NCBI GenBank assembly: GCA_030248215.1
Contig: JASANG010002859.1
Coordinates: 186,001 to 250,000 of the forward strand
DNA length: 64,000 nucleotides
Source: Enoplolaimus lenunculus
Lineage: Eukaryota
Direction: 5' to 3'
Shown: piece by piece, positions 35,243 to 49,106 of the stretch
How the letters are laid out: each line of letters starts with the position of its first letter
Position numbering within the stretch: the first letter of the stretch is position 1
Program-made: the position numbers and the translations under genes
Notes under the pieces: model-generated
What the model was told of the DNA's origin: nothing
Database searches by the model: none
What the model saw: only the letters and a program-made list of their open reading frames with translations

Positions 35243-36945
35243 TTACGACACCGCAATCTCAACGCTTGACGTAGATCCAAGGCTTTCTTGATCAAAATCA
35301 CGTCCTCGATAGGGCACATGGTAAAATTTGCCAGTCTTAAAGTGACACTCACGTTGTTGTTGTTGTTGAGCGCTAACACTAGCGGCTGCTTGATCAAACC
35401 ACAACGGAACCGATGCAGCGTGTCCCGTGTCAAGCTCTGAGTCACTCATTGCAATCAACGCATAATCAGGCACATCTGAATTCAACGGTGGGAGTTTCTC
35501 ATGGTCTTGACCTATCAATAAACAACCCGGAATTTCTGAAGGTAACATTGTCGTTGACGTTGACGTATGATAACACGACACTGATCGTGGGAAATTGGAA
35601 GTTCGAGTAACGAAAGTTCTCTTACAACGGGCAGCATCACATACAGTTTGCAGCGCTGAATGCTCACAAATCCATTGGGAGCCCGGATAACAACAGTGTC
35701 CGGTCGCATAATCGAGAACTTCGTTGCTTTTCGATCTATTTTTCAACCATTTCGGTAGTTCAAATCGAGTAGACGACTGATGCCATTGGGTATGGGTTGG
35801 GCGTAACAGTTTGCTAAATTCACCACGAGAGGTTTTGGTGTTCCCACGTTGCGAGCAACAAACATCTCTCGCAGTTCTCCCAACAGATGAACTTTCACAA
35901 CTACTCACAACGCTGCAATCAGAATCAGAATAATTATCGACGCTGTTTCTCATTGAATGAACAGAGTTAAATAGTTGTGGCGGCGGTTTAGGTGGACAGC
36001 AATCTACGGTCCGCGGTGCAGTCATATGACACGAAACCCCCCTAATTGTACTTGCATTTGCATTCCTGAGAAACGCCACTGGTGTTCGATTTGGGATCGC
36101 GGTTTGATCTGGCTCAAAACCTGTATCAGATACGCCACTGGCTGCTCCAATCTCGTGAGGTGGTTCCATCATACCGTAAACCTCACCGGTATGTTGGTTA
36201 GACATTCGATCAACACTCGACGACATCAAATTGGTGCTATTATCATTGCGAGAATGTCTAGCTATACGACAATGCTCGTAGTACCGTGTAAGCCGATCAC
36301 TCACCTGCTTACCAACGGTTCTGGTGCGCGATTTCACCGGAACTTCCGGCTGGTTTTCTATAGAATTCCCATTAGCATTATAGCGTCTGCGACTAAACGA
36401 ATTCGGAGATTGCCGACCAACAGCTGTTCGTTGATGACGGTTACCATCGATTGCAGTTTGCATCCAACATACCTTCGTGTCCGGCTTCGTTGTTTTTCGT
36501 TCTTCCGCAAAACATCCACCGGCAAACTTTTGATTCCGCAGCCAACTTGAACTTGACCAACACGCTCCTTTTTCCAGTTGCAGCGGAGGCCGTTCTGTCA
36601 TCGTATCTATCATAGAATCGATAGCTACAGAATCCCTCAACTGGTTGCTGTTATCCGCCCAAAGCTCTGTGTCTGAAAACGAACTATGACCGCAAGTGTC
36701 TTCTTTGACATCGGTGTAACAAGCGCCCTCCATAAAATCACCAGGCCAATTTTCGCGATTACGGGTAAAACAAAATTTGTCTCTCACGTCTGCTGTTGGA
36801 GTTACTGCATCGATTGCTTCAGACGGTGGTAGTAGATCATAGTCAAGCGCTTCATCTGGGGAAGCGTTTCGTGAAGACTTTGGTGCTACAACATCCACTG
36901 GAGTAGTACCGTCGTCGCATCGGCAACAACGATTACTTGACGATC
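35243..36945 (-). CDS. vhp-1: DUSP terminal exon
   Basis: tttttag|GA TCG, phase 1 matches upstream donor; ends SLGSTSSVEIAVS*. Confidence 0.85.
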
Positions 36946-39291
36946 CTAAAAATTAAAAAAAACACGGCTTTTCTAAACAATGAAACAGAACTTAGTATCC
37001 TGTTTACACTGAATTACGAGTTATTTGGACTGGCATCAATTGTTGCAAAAGCACTGACATAATCATTTACCATGCTTTCGCAGCAAAACATCCCGCATCC
37101 GGATATTACAAAAACACCCAGAAAAAATACCCGAAATAGAATTCAAATGCATTTCTTTCCACTCGCATGACGCCTTGCGATTGAGCAAGGTGCAACAAAA
37201 GTTGTACAAAATTTTGCGTCATCGTTGGGGTCCCACAGTTATCGGCTGTTAGGTCTCAAACATCATCAGACAAACCTGGCGGCTAAAAGTTACATGAAGA
37301 CAAAATATATTTAGGCATTCCGGATCCGACTTTTAATACCAAAATATTTCGTATCCGAGTACGGCTTTTCATTTTAATTTGTTCTAGATTTACTAATTTT
37401 GTCTTACTTCTTACTTCGACATAATTTGCTAACCTCCGGCTATGGTATAAGAGTTTCACCTCCGGTTACACAATATTGCCCAAATATTTCAGGATCTCCA
37501 ATTGCCGAACAGGAAAAACGATCAGAACTGATACTGGCATCGGTTAGATATAAAACCTCTCAGAACTGCAGACAAATTTCGCACATAAATTGCAAATAAT
37601 ACACGGCAGAAACGATGAATAAATTACGATTCCGATTCCGATGTTTTCGATTTTAATCGGAATTCTAATCGGAATTTCATTTGCACCCAGAGAATTAATG
37701 TACAGGAACCAGTAAACTAATAAACACGCATAACTTTTTAGATTTACCTAACTCAACAGCGTCATCGCTATCTGACATCGGAGCTTCAGTCCACGAAATC
37801 GTTCGTTTCTTTACTCCAAACGGCGACCTGCGTCCAAAACCACTCAACACGACTTCGGGTGGTCGCGAAAATTTCGATCGACCTCCACTATGCTGTAGCT
37901 TGACGCGATAATTAGGGCCAAGCTGCTTTATGACAGCAGCACTTGTACTACGGTTTGACCCATGACCCAATATGACTGATGGTTTATGTTTATCTAGCAA
38001 CCACGATCCCGCAAGCGGCGCCGGGTTTTCGCTCACGTTTGTCTGATCCCCGCAATCTCTAATGTCAATTGTCTTCCGTTGAATGGGCGATACAACTGCG
38101 ACTTCACGTTTTTCCCAACTAGCAGTGCATGATTTTACGTTCGAACCTTTTAAATTCACCAATTTTGGATACATGGATGAAGAAAGCTGGCTATCTATGT
38201 GGTTCTTATTCGCCTGTTTCTCTTCTTCGTCTATACTCTCTTCCGAATGAGCCTTAGATGCAAAATTGTTTATAGTATTTGTTGCCAAATTCTCGACTCC
38301 AATGTGCCCTATTGCTGATGGTGACTTCATACGATTGGAAGCATGCGGTACGCATCCTATACTTCTTGACGAATATGTTGATTTTAGAGGCGGTGTATTG
38401 CAGTGCTGTAACGGTGTTGCCGAGCGTTTGCGGAACTGTAGTCCTTGGTGTACAGCCGAGCTGTGTTTTTGCATTCCGAACCTTTCACATAGAGTGTCCA
38501 TCGCGGTTGCGTTAAGTGTTTTCACTGCAGCCGCACTATCAGTGTTTGACGTACCATTACTCAATTCAATTTCAATGGCTTTCTTGTCATCGTCACCCAT
38601 AAATTCACATTGCGAGACGTCCCAAGGTTTTTGTGTTTCCTCTACTACACCCACACACTGGCTACGATTCCCAAGTACCTCCAGCACAGGCGAAACTTCC
38701 AGATGTCCTTTGATCACACTACCAGTATGTTCACTGCTGTCACTCAAGTGTCTTGAATTCTGCTTAAAACATCGCGGTTTTACGTCTTGTGGCGGCGGAA
38801 ATAGAACGTTTGAATTTACATTTCGAATTATTTCAGACGTACTAGCAGCTCCAGTGTCTACGGAGGAAGCGGATATTTCCGCTGATGGCCGTCTACTTTC
38901 GGGTGCGCTATTGCCACTAGCCGGAGTATAAAATCCTGCTGACGAACAGCACGATGCCGTATCCATTAGGTCATTGTCAAGTTGTCCAGTAGTCTCAACT
39001 GTAGCTGTCATTTCTTGCCCGTCACTTCCAACTAACTGAATGGAAGGTGGTGTAGCGCTTGCGCCGCCCGTTTGCGCCGCATAACTTACAGGTACGCGAG
39101 ACAAACTGGTTTCAATTGACGAGTCCCTGATACCATGACATACTTGAAGCCGAGACAACGCGAGATCTGATCCTGTATGCTTGGCCGAGGCATGAAACAA
39201 AGGATTGACAGCACTCGTCGAAAAGTTCCCATTCATAATGTCATCTTTTCTAGCAGTACCTTGCTTATTATCGGCTATAACAAATTTATTC

Positions 39292-39337
<46 letters not shown>

Positions 39338-39339
39338 GC

Positions 39340-39370
<31 letters not shown>

Positions 39371-42300
39371 CAATGCTAAATTGAAGATTTGATGCCTGAA
39401 TTGGAAGTAGCGATTTATTACCAGGAAAACCATTCGCTTCGTTTGTCAGTTTGCCCTCCGTTCGAATTGCTTGTGCCGCCAACTGTGACATTTGGTCGCC
39501 AACTGCGTTGCGCACGGGTTGTGTCTGAGGTAGTACTAAATGGTTTCGTGATGTCGACGAAAAACTTGCATCATTACGACGTGCTTCAGCGGACTGTCCG
39601 ATAACAGGCGGTGACATTGAGCATTGGTTTGGTCCAACATTACGTCGATTAGACTTTACAACATTCGCATGATGATGGTCATCAGTCTCGTTCCCAGCGA
39701 CGTCCATAGGTCTCACGTGAGAGGACCTGCGCACAGAATTGTTGCCAACTAAGCCAGTCGCCACTGGATTCGGACTTGTTGCGACGGCGCTAACGAACGA
39801 ATCCGTTGACCGGCCAGTATCCGGTGTGATCGTCCCATGATTAGCAACGGATGGTGACACTGACAAATTAGTCGCGTTACCATCTCGCGATGCGACGGTG
39901 CCACTGCCGCCGCCGCCAAGAGACAATTTCGAAACTTCTGTACTTGGAGATGGCAAATCTGTAGTGGTCACTGCTGTACTGTTTGCCATCGCTGTTATTT
40001 TCGGCCATGCAAAACCAGCAAAACGACGCGCTGGTGGTGGTGCATTCGTTGTACTGCTTGCCGCAGACAATAATGCACTGCGACTATCGTTGCTTGTAAT
40101 GCTGCAACTAGCACCACAACTAGAACTTCCTGTCGACATCTTTTGTGGATAAATATCAAAACTTGACGTTGGTGACATTCGTGCGAGTGGGCTTTTCACA
40201 GTCTGTTGCCCCATAGCAAAACCAAAGGAACTTTTCGTAGCGTTCGCGTCTGTTGTAGTCCTGTTCCGCAGGTCAGTTTCGTTCCGGTTACGTGCACACA
40301 TTAAGAATCCGGTGGGAGGCGAAACTGGAGACGGGCTCGCCGACGATGACAACGCAGACTCGTCTACTTCCGGTAGGACGTTTGCCATGTACGCTGCGAC
40401 TGCGCTCAATTTCGCGTTGCAACTATTGCTGTTTGCGGTTGCAGTTGTCACACTACGGTATACTGACGGTGCAGCAATAAGTGGCATCGTTTTTTCAGCT
40501 GCATGCAGTGTATTTGGTTGGCTTTGTAGCGCTGTGCACGATACTGTTGTTGCTGTTGCCAGCTGTGCAATCGTATTCCGTCTCAGCGCTATTTTGACAC
40601 CACTTGTTGTTCCATTACGTTGACTCGATATATTCGAATGTCGATTCCGAACAGCCGTGGTGGTAGCTAGATCAGATATGCTAGATAACTTATCAGTTGG
40701 AGGTCCAGGTAAGGATTTCGACATCAAATCAAGACGTAGCTTCGATTTATCCGCTGGATATCGGGTCATCCGGCCGCCGATAACGCTACTACATCGCGAC
40801 GTCTGGCTGAGTGTCTGCTCGCATACACTTGCAACTGGCAAACTCGGACCACCAACTGTGGGATTATGGCAATCAACCGTAGGGCACGACACTGACCGTT
40901 TGATACAGTCCAGATCGAGCTGTGCCGGTCTAGCATGCCCAGTTTCACACTGAAATCCAAGTCCAGATGTTGCGATTTTTTGAACCGGATCACTGGCTCC
41001 TCCAGACAAAGTAATCACCGCGTCCAAGCCCGTCCGGTTTTTCAGTGCTACACCATCTGGCTCAATTTCCATCATAGACCGCGACTCAGGATCTGCGTTT
41101 TCGTTGTTACTACCATCGGCAAATTCTTCTAATTTCCGTGTCGGAAGTGTAGTATTAGTAGTAGTAGTAGTTGTAGTAGTAGCAGTAGTAGTTGCTGTTG
41201 TACGGAATATGGCACCACAATCATTATGACCATTGCCGCTATCAGTGGTTGAGTATCTCAAAGAATGGTCGCCAAGTTGTGCGTACAGCGGCGAAGTGCC
41301 AAAAAACGGCGTTTCAAACAACGGCGAACACGTACTGCGTTCTTGATCATTGAGCGAACGAGTTTTGATTGATTTTAACAACTTTTCATACTCGAGCAGT
41401 TGACCGAGAAAATTGAAATTAGGCGATATGGACGGTCGCTTTTCTTTGACAAATCTTAAAAAAACACTCAAATAATGTATTAATCATGGTTCGACCAAAA
41501 TTCCGATTGCTGCTGCCAGAATTCCTGCAGAAAATCGATTTCTTTTTCGACATTCTAATATTATGCAGGAATAGAAATTTTTGGGTTGGTCTTCACTACG
41601 AAAACTTAATTCGTAGCTTGTGTTTGGTCAGCAAATTGCTCATAATTTATTACCTGAGTTATGTTATCTATAGAACTTGGAAAAACAACTGAAGAAAAAA
41701 ACCAAACGGGTTATATATAAGCATTACACAACATATTTTATTTTTGCAATTAATCCATGTTCCGATTCCGACGAAATAAAAATTCCCGTTCCACATATTC
41801 CAGAATATATTTTAAAACATACTTGTACGCTTCTTCAGACGTCATATGAAAATATTTCATCACATAAGCGATCGCAACAGTTGGACTTCGAGATATCCCG
41901 GCCAAGCAATGAACAATTACTTTTGTCTTCGAATCACGTACCTTATCTGGAAAATAAAATAAAAATTAAATTTAACACCACACAAAAAGCCTAAAGCCCT
42001 ATTCACACGAGCAAGTTTTTGCTGCGAGAACTTGCAGCTGCAAATTGCGCGCAAAACTTGCATTTTTTGATCAGCCAATACGAAAGCGGCTACAATAACT
42101 TCAGTAAATTTGCATGGTTGTTCACACATGTAAACTAATATTGCTAGCCATTATTTTTTAATGAATTATTTGCAGCTGCAAGTTTTTCGAACGGGATTTT
42201 GGACAAAATTAGCAAGTGTATGCAAGCTGCAGCTGCAAGTTCTCGCAGCAAAAACTTCCACGTATGTGAATGGGGCTTTAGTCTTAATAACCTTGTGAAC

Positions 42301-45300
42301 GAAAAGTTGCACATGACCCAGCTGAACTCAAGAGAAAATATTTTAAACGCAACGAATGAAAACACCGTAACACGAACTTACCCAGGAAATCGAATGCTTT
42401 TTCAAAATACGGCAACAACTTTTCAGTGTACGAGTCTGCAACTGGTATGCGCATAAATTTTTCGTCCGGTAAAAAGTCAGGCTTTGGACAGCTTGTGCTC
42501 ATGTTCAAAACGTATTGAATGCCGCGTTTCTGAAAACATAAACCGTATCAACAATAAATATACACAAGTAATATTTCTTTCAAAACTACTGTTAATACTC
42601 GTTACTTATTTGTACAGACTCTATGAGCCGCTCCATCACGTTTGCGGCCAGTGGTAACTGGTCATCGGGTATAACTGGCTGGAATTGGGGCCACCCAACG
42701 AAATTGAAAACGCATTCTAGGAGATAGCTCGTCCAATTACAATATATATTTAATTATCCATAGACCTTGTGTAGCTCCAACACATATATAATCTCTGTCC
42801 AGGCCAAAAGTAAACCAATATATACAATAAATATAAATAAAGCTTTGAAGAATGGCAAAGATAAGAGGTATTAATAAGCACAGCGTTCGTAAATACTGTG
42901 TTATATTCGAGTATATTGTCGGCAGGTATTCAAGGTCTTGCCAGATGATTTGACCAATATACCTTAAAATTTTATATGCTTTTCGAAATACCTAAATCAC
43001 TAGTACTCCACAACGTTTTCCAGAGATGTTCACACCAACAATACTACCGCCTGAATAAATGTGTCCCATTTGAGAACTCGTTATGATCAACGAAAAAACC
43101 CCATTTTTTGTACTTTTCATGAAATTACGGAACCGTTGGTGCCGCGTTAAAGTATTTTAAATAATATACCGCGGAAAAAGTTTAAAAGTACCGGTGTAAA
43201 TAATATATATTTATTAAACAGAACACAATTTGGTTCCGCTCCTGAAGCCTTTTTGCTTATTTCTTAGCAATTTTTTTTCACATTGAACTTCGCGAATTAG
43301 CTTGTGAACGACATGAACAAGAATCCGGTCGTAAGTTTTAGTATTCGGGTCATTCAGTAAAGTTTCCGATTAATCTCGATATGCAAGTTTATCAAGCTTC
43401 ACAGATCGTTCTGGCACTCCAATGTTGGTTCGCACTGTCATTTTTCCTCAATCGCACAAGTGCGATCCAACCCACGAGTTGCGGAGCGCTAACCTAAATC
43501 TATGGACCCGTATTCTCAAATGTGTATAGCACCCATCACCAGTTGATGATACGTCTTGTAACTTTCGAACCAGCGAATGCTAATGCGCAAAATACAGCAC
43601 ATTTTTCGCATATGATTTACTCTACGCTTGTACCAATTTTAACTTCAACAAGTACTGCAATTAGTTAATGAGATTGAAAACCTTCTATTACTGATGATAG
43701 ATGCTATATACATTTGAGAATATGAGCTGATGTAGTCGGTTACAAAAAATTTGACTAAAATGACAGTTGGTATGCTTAACGCAAAATATTATTGTTTTGG
43801 CAAAATTTCACAAACAACAAAAAATTCAGCGTATCCGCAAATTAATGCACGAAAATCAGTCGTTAATTTCGCACAATTGTGTCTTTGTTATCATTTCGGC
43901 AGTTGTGTTTTTGTTTAGTTTGTACAGTTAATTTTGCCATTTGTCTACATATTCGGCGTCAGTAAATCTCTTAAAGTTGACAATTATACGCGAGTGATTA
44001 GCATGATTATGTCTATGAGTTTTGATCGCTTTCTGCCGTCTTCAGGCGGTGTTTGAAAGCATATCTTGTAAAGGTATGAAGCTAAAAGTTAAAGTGCCCC
44101 GAAAGTGCCATCAGAAAAAAGAATATGTTTCCAAACTGCGCCAGAAACAAATTGGTCAAGTGTATAAACAAGGTTGAAATAAATTTTTAGTGTTGAGTTT
44201 AATTTTTTAGCAAAATGGCAAAAATGCACTCTAAATCCTGCTGAACATGTGACATCTGCCACTGAAACGATATTCGCTGCGTTCTAGTTTGGAGAATTAC
44301 TTATATAGTGTCCACGGTGCAACCGGAATTGCGGTTCCGGCAGGGAAATCCGGTATTTTTCACTATCCGGTTCCAGTAAAAAATGTGGTAATTTTCACCA
44401 GAATTTTCCAGTATTTTCGGTATTGAAAATTTTTTCCCATTCTGAGAAAAATTGACATATTATTGTAACTTTTTTCTAAAATTGTCTGAGCGTGTACTTA
44501 TTGACAAAATTTTAAATTTGTTTCATACTTTATAAATGATCATACGTTTTCAGCTACTGCATTTGTTTCAGGATTTTTACATCCTAAATGGTGTGTTTAC
44601 AAAGGTCAAAGCGATAAAATAGCGTTAAAAATGAATGTTTCGGTAACGAAAATTTTTTGTTTTCCGGCTCCGCTCTCGGTATTTTTTAACTTTCCAGTCC
44701 CGATATTTTATAATTCAGGTTGCACCCTGATAGTGTCAGCAGCCAATTTCGAAGTTTACATTAAACCAAACCTTTCTTGTTGAACTGCGTTCGCCAAGAA
44801 ATTAAACAGTAGTTTTGATTTTTCACAATAGCTTTCAGTCACCAGGTACAAACAATTAAAACACTGTAAATTTAGCTAAATAAATTCGAAATTAAGTTAT
44901 ACGAGTCGATTAAATTTAAATGAACAGGCATACTGCTATAGTACAAATGAAAAACTACGAAAATATTACGTATATACGAAGATACGCCAGAAGATCTTTG
45001 TAAAACAAATTTCTAGGCATGTGCCGATACCAGAATTCTTGCCGATGCCGAACCGATTCCAACTTTAGCACACCTGCTTAATTAACAGATAGGATACTAC
45101 ACTACATCATTATATTATGAAGATTTAAATCCTGACCATCGTAACCGATTACAATTGTACAAGAAAGCGGTTCGTTTTAGTTAATTTTTTCAAACACAAA
45201 CGCAAAAGAGATAACAGTTTTCCTGACCTGTAAAAAATTAAACTCAACACTAAAACTTTATTTCAACTTTGCTTATCAACTTGACCAATTTGTTTCTGGT

Positions 45301-45928
45301 GCAGTTTGGAAACATATTCTTTTGTTTTCATGGTACGTTCGCGACACTTTAACCGCCAGTACATACACTCTTACATTCAGCGTTTCACGATCCATGACGT
45401 CATGTTGCGATCCAAGGTATAAAAACGGCAAAATTAATGTCGGCCCTTGATTCGATATCGGCATACAAGGCTGAGACAGAGACAACAGACAACTGCGAGC
45501 AGTCGCCGCCGACGTTGGTCCACCGCCTGGAGTTAAGAGCGCGGTTGAGTTGTTGCAAAAATTAGTTGCAGTTAAACTCAACTCAGGGTCTCGCGATGTA
45601 AATACAGTTGAAGTTGAACACGACATTACGTTAAAATGTTGTTGTTGTTGTTTTTGTTTTTGTTGTTGCTGTTGTTGTTGTTGTTGTTGCTTTTGTTGTT
45701 GCTGTTGTTGTTGTTGTTGTTGCTTTTGTTGTTGCTGTTGTTGTTGTGACTGATGGATTTTCGGTACGTCAACAATGTGGCGATTCTCATGATTCGCAAA
45801 GTCACCAGCTTTACCAATATCATTTTGCGACCCAATGTTACCAACTGGCAAATGTGACGCCGCACCAGCAACGGTCGCAGGTCCTTCGCATAGATCCGGA
45901 AACGCCGATTGGAACTCCAAAAAACCTC
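35243..45928 (-). CDS. vhp-1: Dual-specificity MAPK phosphatase, DUSP8/DUSP16 (VHP-1) type, 5'-partial, with very long C-terminal tail
   Basis: Phase-consistent exons 45928-45375, 42529-42382, 41946-41823, 41454-37748, 36945-35243 (about 2077 aa). Motifs: GGFLEFQSAFPDLCE (end of rhodanese), GPTLILPFLYLGSQ, FMRIPVADSYTEKLLP, VHCLAGISRSPT active site, FVKEKRPSISPNFNFLGQLLEYE. Confidence 0.93.
37748..41454 (-). CDS. vhp-1: DUSP 3.7-kb exon (end of DSPc plus S/T/Q-rich tail)
   Basis: tttaag|A TTT GTC...TTA G|gtaaat; uninterrupted ORF. Confidence 0.92.
39291..39369 (-). repeat. Coding (CAA/CAG)n polyglutamine tract, about 26 Q
   Basis: In frame in the 3.7-kb DUSP exon. Confidence 0.93.
41823..41946 (-). 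CDS. vhp-1: DUSP catalytic exon (HCxxGxSR)
   Basis: DKVRDSKTKVIVHCLAGISRSPTVAIAYVMKYFHMTSEEAYK; ttccag / gtatgt. Confidence 0.97.
41995..42277. mobile_element. PIF/Harbinger-like MITE (TIR AGCCCYATTCACACG)
   Basis: TWA flanks; second copy 54921-55172 with perfect TAA TSD. Confidence 0.75.
42382..42529 (-). CDS. vhp-1: DUSP exon (general-acid Asp loop)
   Basis: KRGIQYVLNMSTSCPKPDF...RIPVADSY...AFDFL; tttcag / gtaagt. Confidence 0.96.
44313..44729. mobile_element. hAT-like MITE; related truncated copy at 55306-55641
   Basis: Perfect TSD ATAGTGTC. Confidence 0.85.
45375..45928 (-). CDS. vhp-1: DUSP exon (rhodanese end, polyQ linker, start of DSPc)
   Basis: cttcag|GA GGT...AAT|gtaaga. Confidence 0.92.
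45639..45752 (-). repeat. Coding Lys-interrupted polyglutamine tract
   Basis: In frame in the DUSP linker exon. Confidence 0.92.
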
Positions 45929-46029
45929 CTGAAGCAAAAAAACACACTACGAACGCAATTATTACCAGTTTCTTTCACAAACACAATCGATACTGAACGT
46001 ATCGAACGTTTGATAAAACTTGTGTTAAA

Positions 46030-46988
46030 TCAAAAAAAAAACGTTTTCACTTCGCCTATTAATATATTATATACTGCATAAAAAAAAACGTTTTCACTTC
46101 GCCTATTAATATATTACTGCATCAAAAAAAAACGTTTTCACTTCGCCTATTAATATATTACTGCATCAAAAAAAAACGTTTTCACTTCGCCTATTAATAT
46201 ATTACTGCATCAAAAAAAACGTTTTCACTTCGCCTATTAATATATTACTGCATCAAAAAAAAACGTTTTCACTTCGCCTATTAATATATTACTGCATCAA
46301 AAAAAAACGTTTTCACTTCGCCTATTAATATATTACTGCATCAAAAAAAAACGTTTTCACTTCGCCTATTAATATATTACTGCATCAAAAAAAAACGTTT
46401 TCACTTCGCCTATTAATATATTACTGCATCAAAAAAAACGTTTTCACTTCGCCTATTAATATATTACTGCATCAAAAAAAAACGTTTTCACTTCGCCTAT
46501 TAATATATTACTGCATCAAAAAAAAACGTTTTCACTTCGCCTATTAATATATTACTGCATCAAAAAAAAAACGTTTTCACTTCGCCTATTAATATATTAC
46601 TGCATCAAAAAAAACGTTTTCACTTCGCCTATTAATATATTACTGCATCAAAAAAAAAAACGTTTTCACTTCGCCTATTAATATATTACTGCATCAAAAA
46701 AAACGTTTTCACTTCGCCTATTAATATATTACTGCATCAAAAAAAAACGTTTTCACTTCGCCTATTAATATATTACTGCATCAAAAAAAAACGTTTTCAC
46801 TTCCCCAAATATCAAAAAAACTTTTTCACTTCGCCTATTAATATATTACTGCATCAAAAAAAAACGTTTTCACTTCGCCTATTAATATATTACTGCATCA
46901 AAAAAAAAAACGTTTTCACTTCGCCTATTAATATATTACTGCATCAAAAAAAAACGTTTTCACTTCGCCTATTAATATATTACTGCAT
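46030..46988. repeat. About 44-bp satellite CATC(A)8-10CGTTTTCACTTCGCCTATTAATATATTACTG, about 22 copies
   Basis: Direct reading; highly homogeneous. Confidence 0.97.
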
Positions 46989-47019
46989 GATCTTAAGCGA
47001 CATCCTAATTTGAAACCTA

Positions 47020-47241
47020 AACCCATATTCTCAAATGCGTATAGCAACTATCATCAGTTAGCAATAGGTTTTCAAACTGACCAACATCTGCAGTTGCAGA
47101 TCTCAAAATTTGATACAGAAGTTGGGCAAATCGAACGCAAACCATGCGCTGAATTTCGACCCTCACCATGCGCTGGTTCCAAAGTTACAGGATCGATCAC
47201 CAACTGGTAACAGGTGCTACACACATTTGAGAATACGAGCA
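47020..47241. mobile_element. PIF/Harbinger-like MITE
   Basis: Same family as 4960; TSD CTA. Confidence 0.8.
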
Positions 47242-49106
47242 CTAGACCTACGCAGAATGACGGGCGGCGAATTGTCCAAACGATAAAAGTTCGAATAACA
47301 AATTGTCGTGCCGTGATACCTATCACATCCCACCCATAGAACAGAGTTTTTAACGATTCAAATTTAAACCGAAACAGTCGTATAAACCCGTAAATACTTC
47401 GCAAACCAAGATAAATTACGTCCGGCTCCCAGCCATCGCAGTATTAACTTCAGGGTTTTTATTTACTCATATTCACAAAGAGTTTACTTATTAGACTCAG
47501 TGGAAATACAGCTAATTACACCAAATCACATATTTAAGTGTAACATGGACCCAAAAACGGTGTACTATTTCAATTATACTTACAGCCTAAAAATCCATGA
47601 CACACACAGAATTAAACTAACGCATCGGCTGTTGTTTTGTCACATTAAATACGTATACAAACTAGGTTTTGTCGCAAAAAATATATTTCAGAACAAAACT
47701 GAAAATGGGCACAGCCAACCAGATAGAAGCATATACGTATGGTCGGCCCATGTTACTTAAATACGCTTAATCGACTGTTACGCTCCTAAAAGTAACATTG
47801 ACGCGTATATCAGTAGGCTTATAAATACAATCAAGACTTATTCAACAAACTGTACACAGGTTGAAACCAAAACCCCATTATATATGCTCCAATAGAAGCA
47901 CTACTTTCAATCGCCACGCAAAATTTCCCAAGCTCACATGCTTCTTGCTTAAGGCAGTTAAAGCCGTACCGAACACGTGGCACCCTCATATGTACAATAC
48001 TGCCCCTAGCGTTCCAGTTAAAACCTATCTTTCATCTCTTACAATCACGAGATTAACCAGTTTTGCACCGCGAATACTCGTTGCCGTTTTTGGACCCAAC
48101 ACAAACCGAAACACACGTGTTTGGGCATCATGTGGGACTGCAAATAAGAAACTTGCACAGCCTCTTATTTACCCGCCGACTACGAGTCTGAGCGATTAGC
48201 AGCGTTCAAAGCTGAATCCAAAATATTGTTCGCAACCTCAATTGAATTTTCTTGTCAGAGCCCGAATTTCAACTTTAACCTCTCTGTTGATTATGATTTT
48301 AATTTTCTTTTTCTGAACTACATCAGTGTTTGTGTCCGGATGCGAATTTTAATTCAGTATCCACAGTCTATTATAAACCAACAATATTCTGTCACGCTTT
48401 AATATGCCAAAATTGTATAAATTACGCTGAGGTATATTTCTGACATCCTAATAACCGTCGGATGGAACCGGAACCGGACACCAGAAATTGTGCCGGAATT
48501 TCAGTCGTATTTCTCTGTTGCTTACCGTACTCGAATATTTGAGAAAACACACTGAACATTTTTAATAACACAATATATATGTGTGAAACATAACAGCTTT
48601 GGATCACAAAACAAACACCACCAGCGGCACGGCGTGGCGGATATAGAAATTTTTGACACGGAACCCGCGTGAAACATATACGTAACAGGCGAAAAACAAA
48701 ACCTCGCGAACGAGAAGCCAAACTCAATTTTAGCCGACATTATGTCCGGCGGAAGCCGTTTTTTCCGCGTGACATTTGTCGGCCGCTTTTATGTCCACAG
48801 TAAACGCAAACAAACTTCGTCTAAACAGTTCAATTCTGTGAATAGCACAAACCAAACAGACTGAAGAATTCATCAGTGTGCTATTACGGCTATCAAACCC
48901 GAGACTGTGGAATGTTAAAATGACTGTATAAAGCGTCAATGATTGTAAATAATTTTAAATTATTCATTTCAACAAACATATACGCGAGTTTTAGGATTAC
49001 AGTTATATCAATGACTGAGACTCATCCGACTTCATTGAACTAAATATATGTGATAACTGTGGCTTATTTGTAGAAATAGTTCGACTATCTAAGAAACTCT
49101 GACGAC

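Noticed and set aside
38266..41132. Plus-strand ORFs opposite the DUSP large exon (also 35975-36550, and 30044-30568 opposite Myt1)
   Set aside because: Antisense shadows of real coding exons.
46030..46988. CRISPR array
   Set aside because: Head-to-tail units without unique spacers, no cas genes, eukaryotic context.
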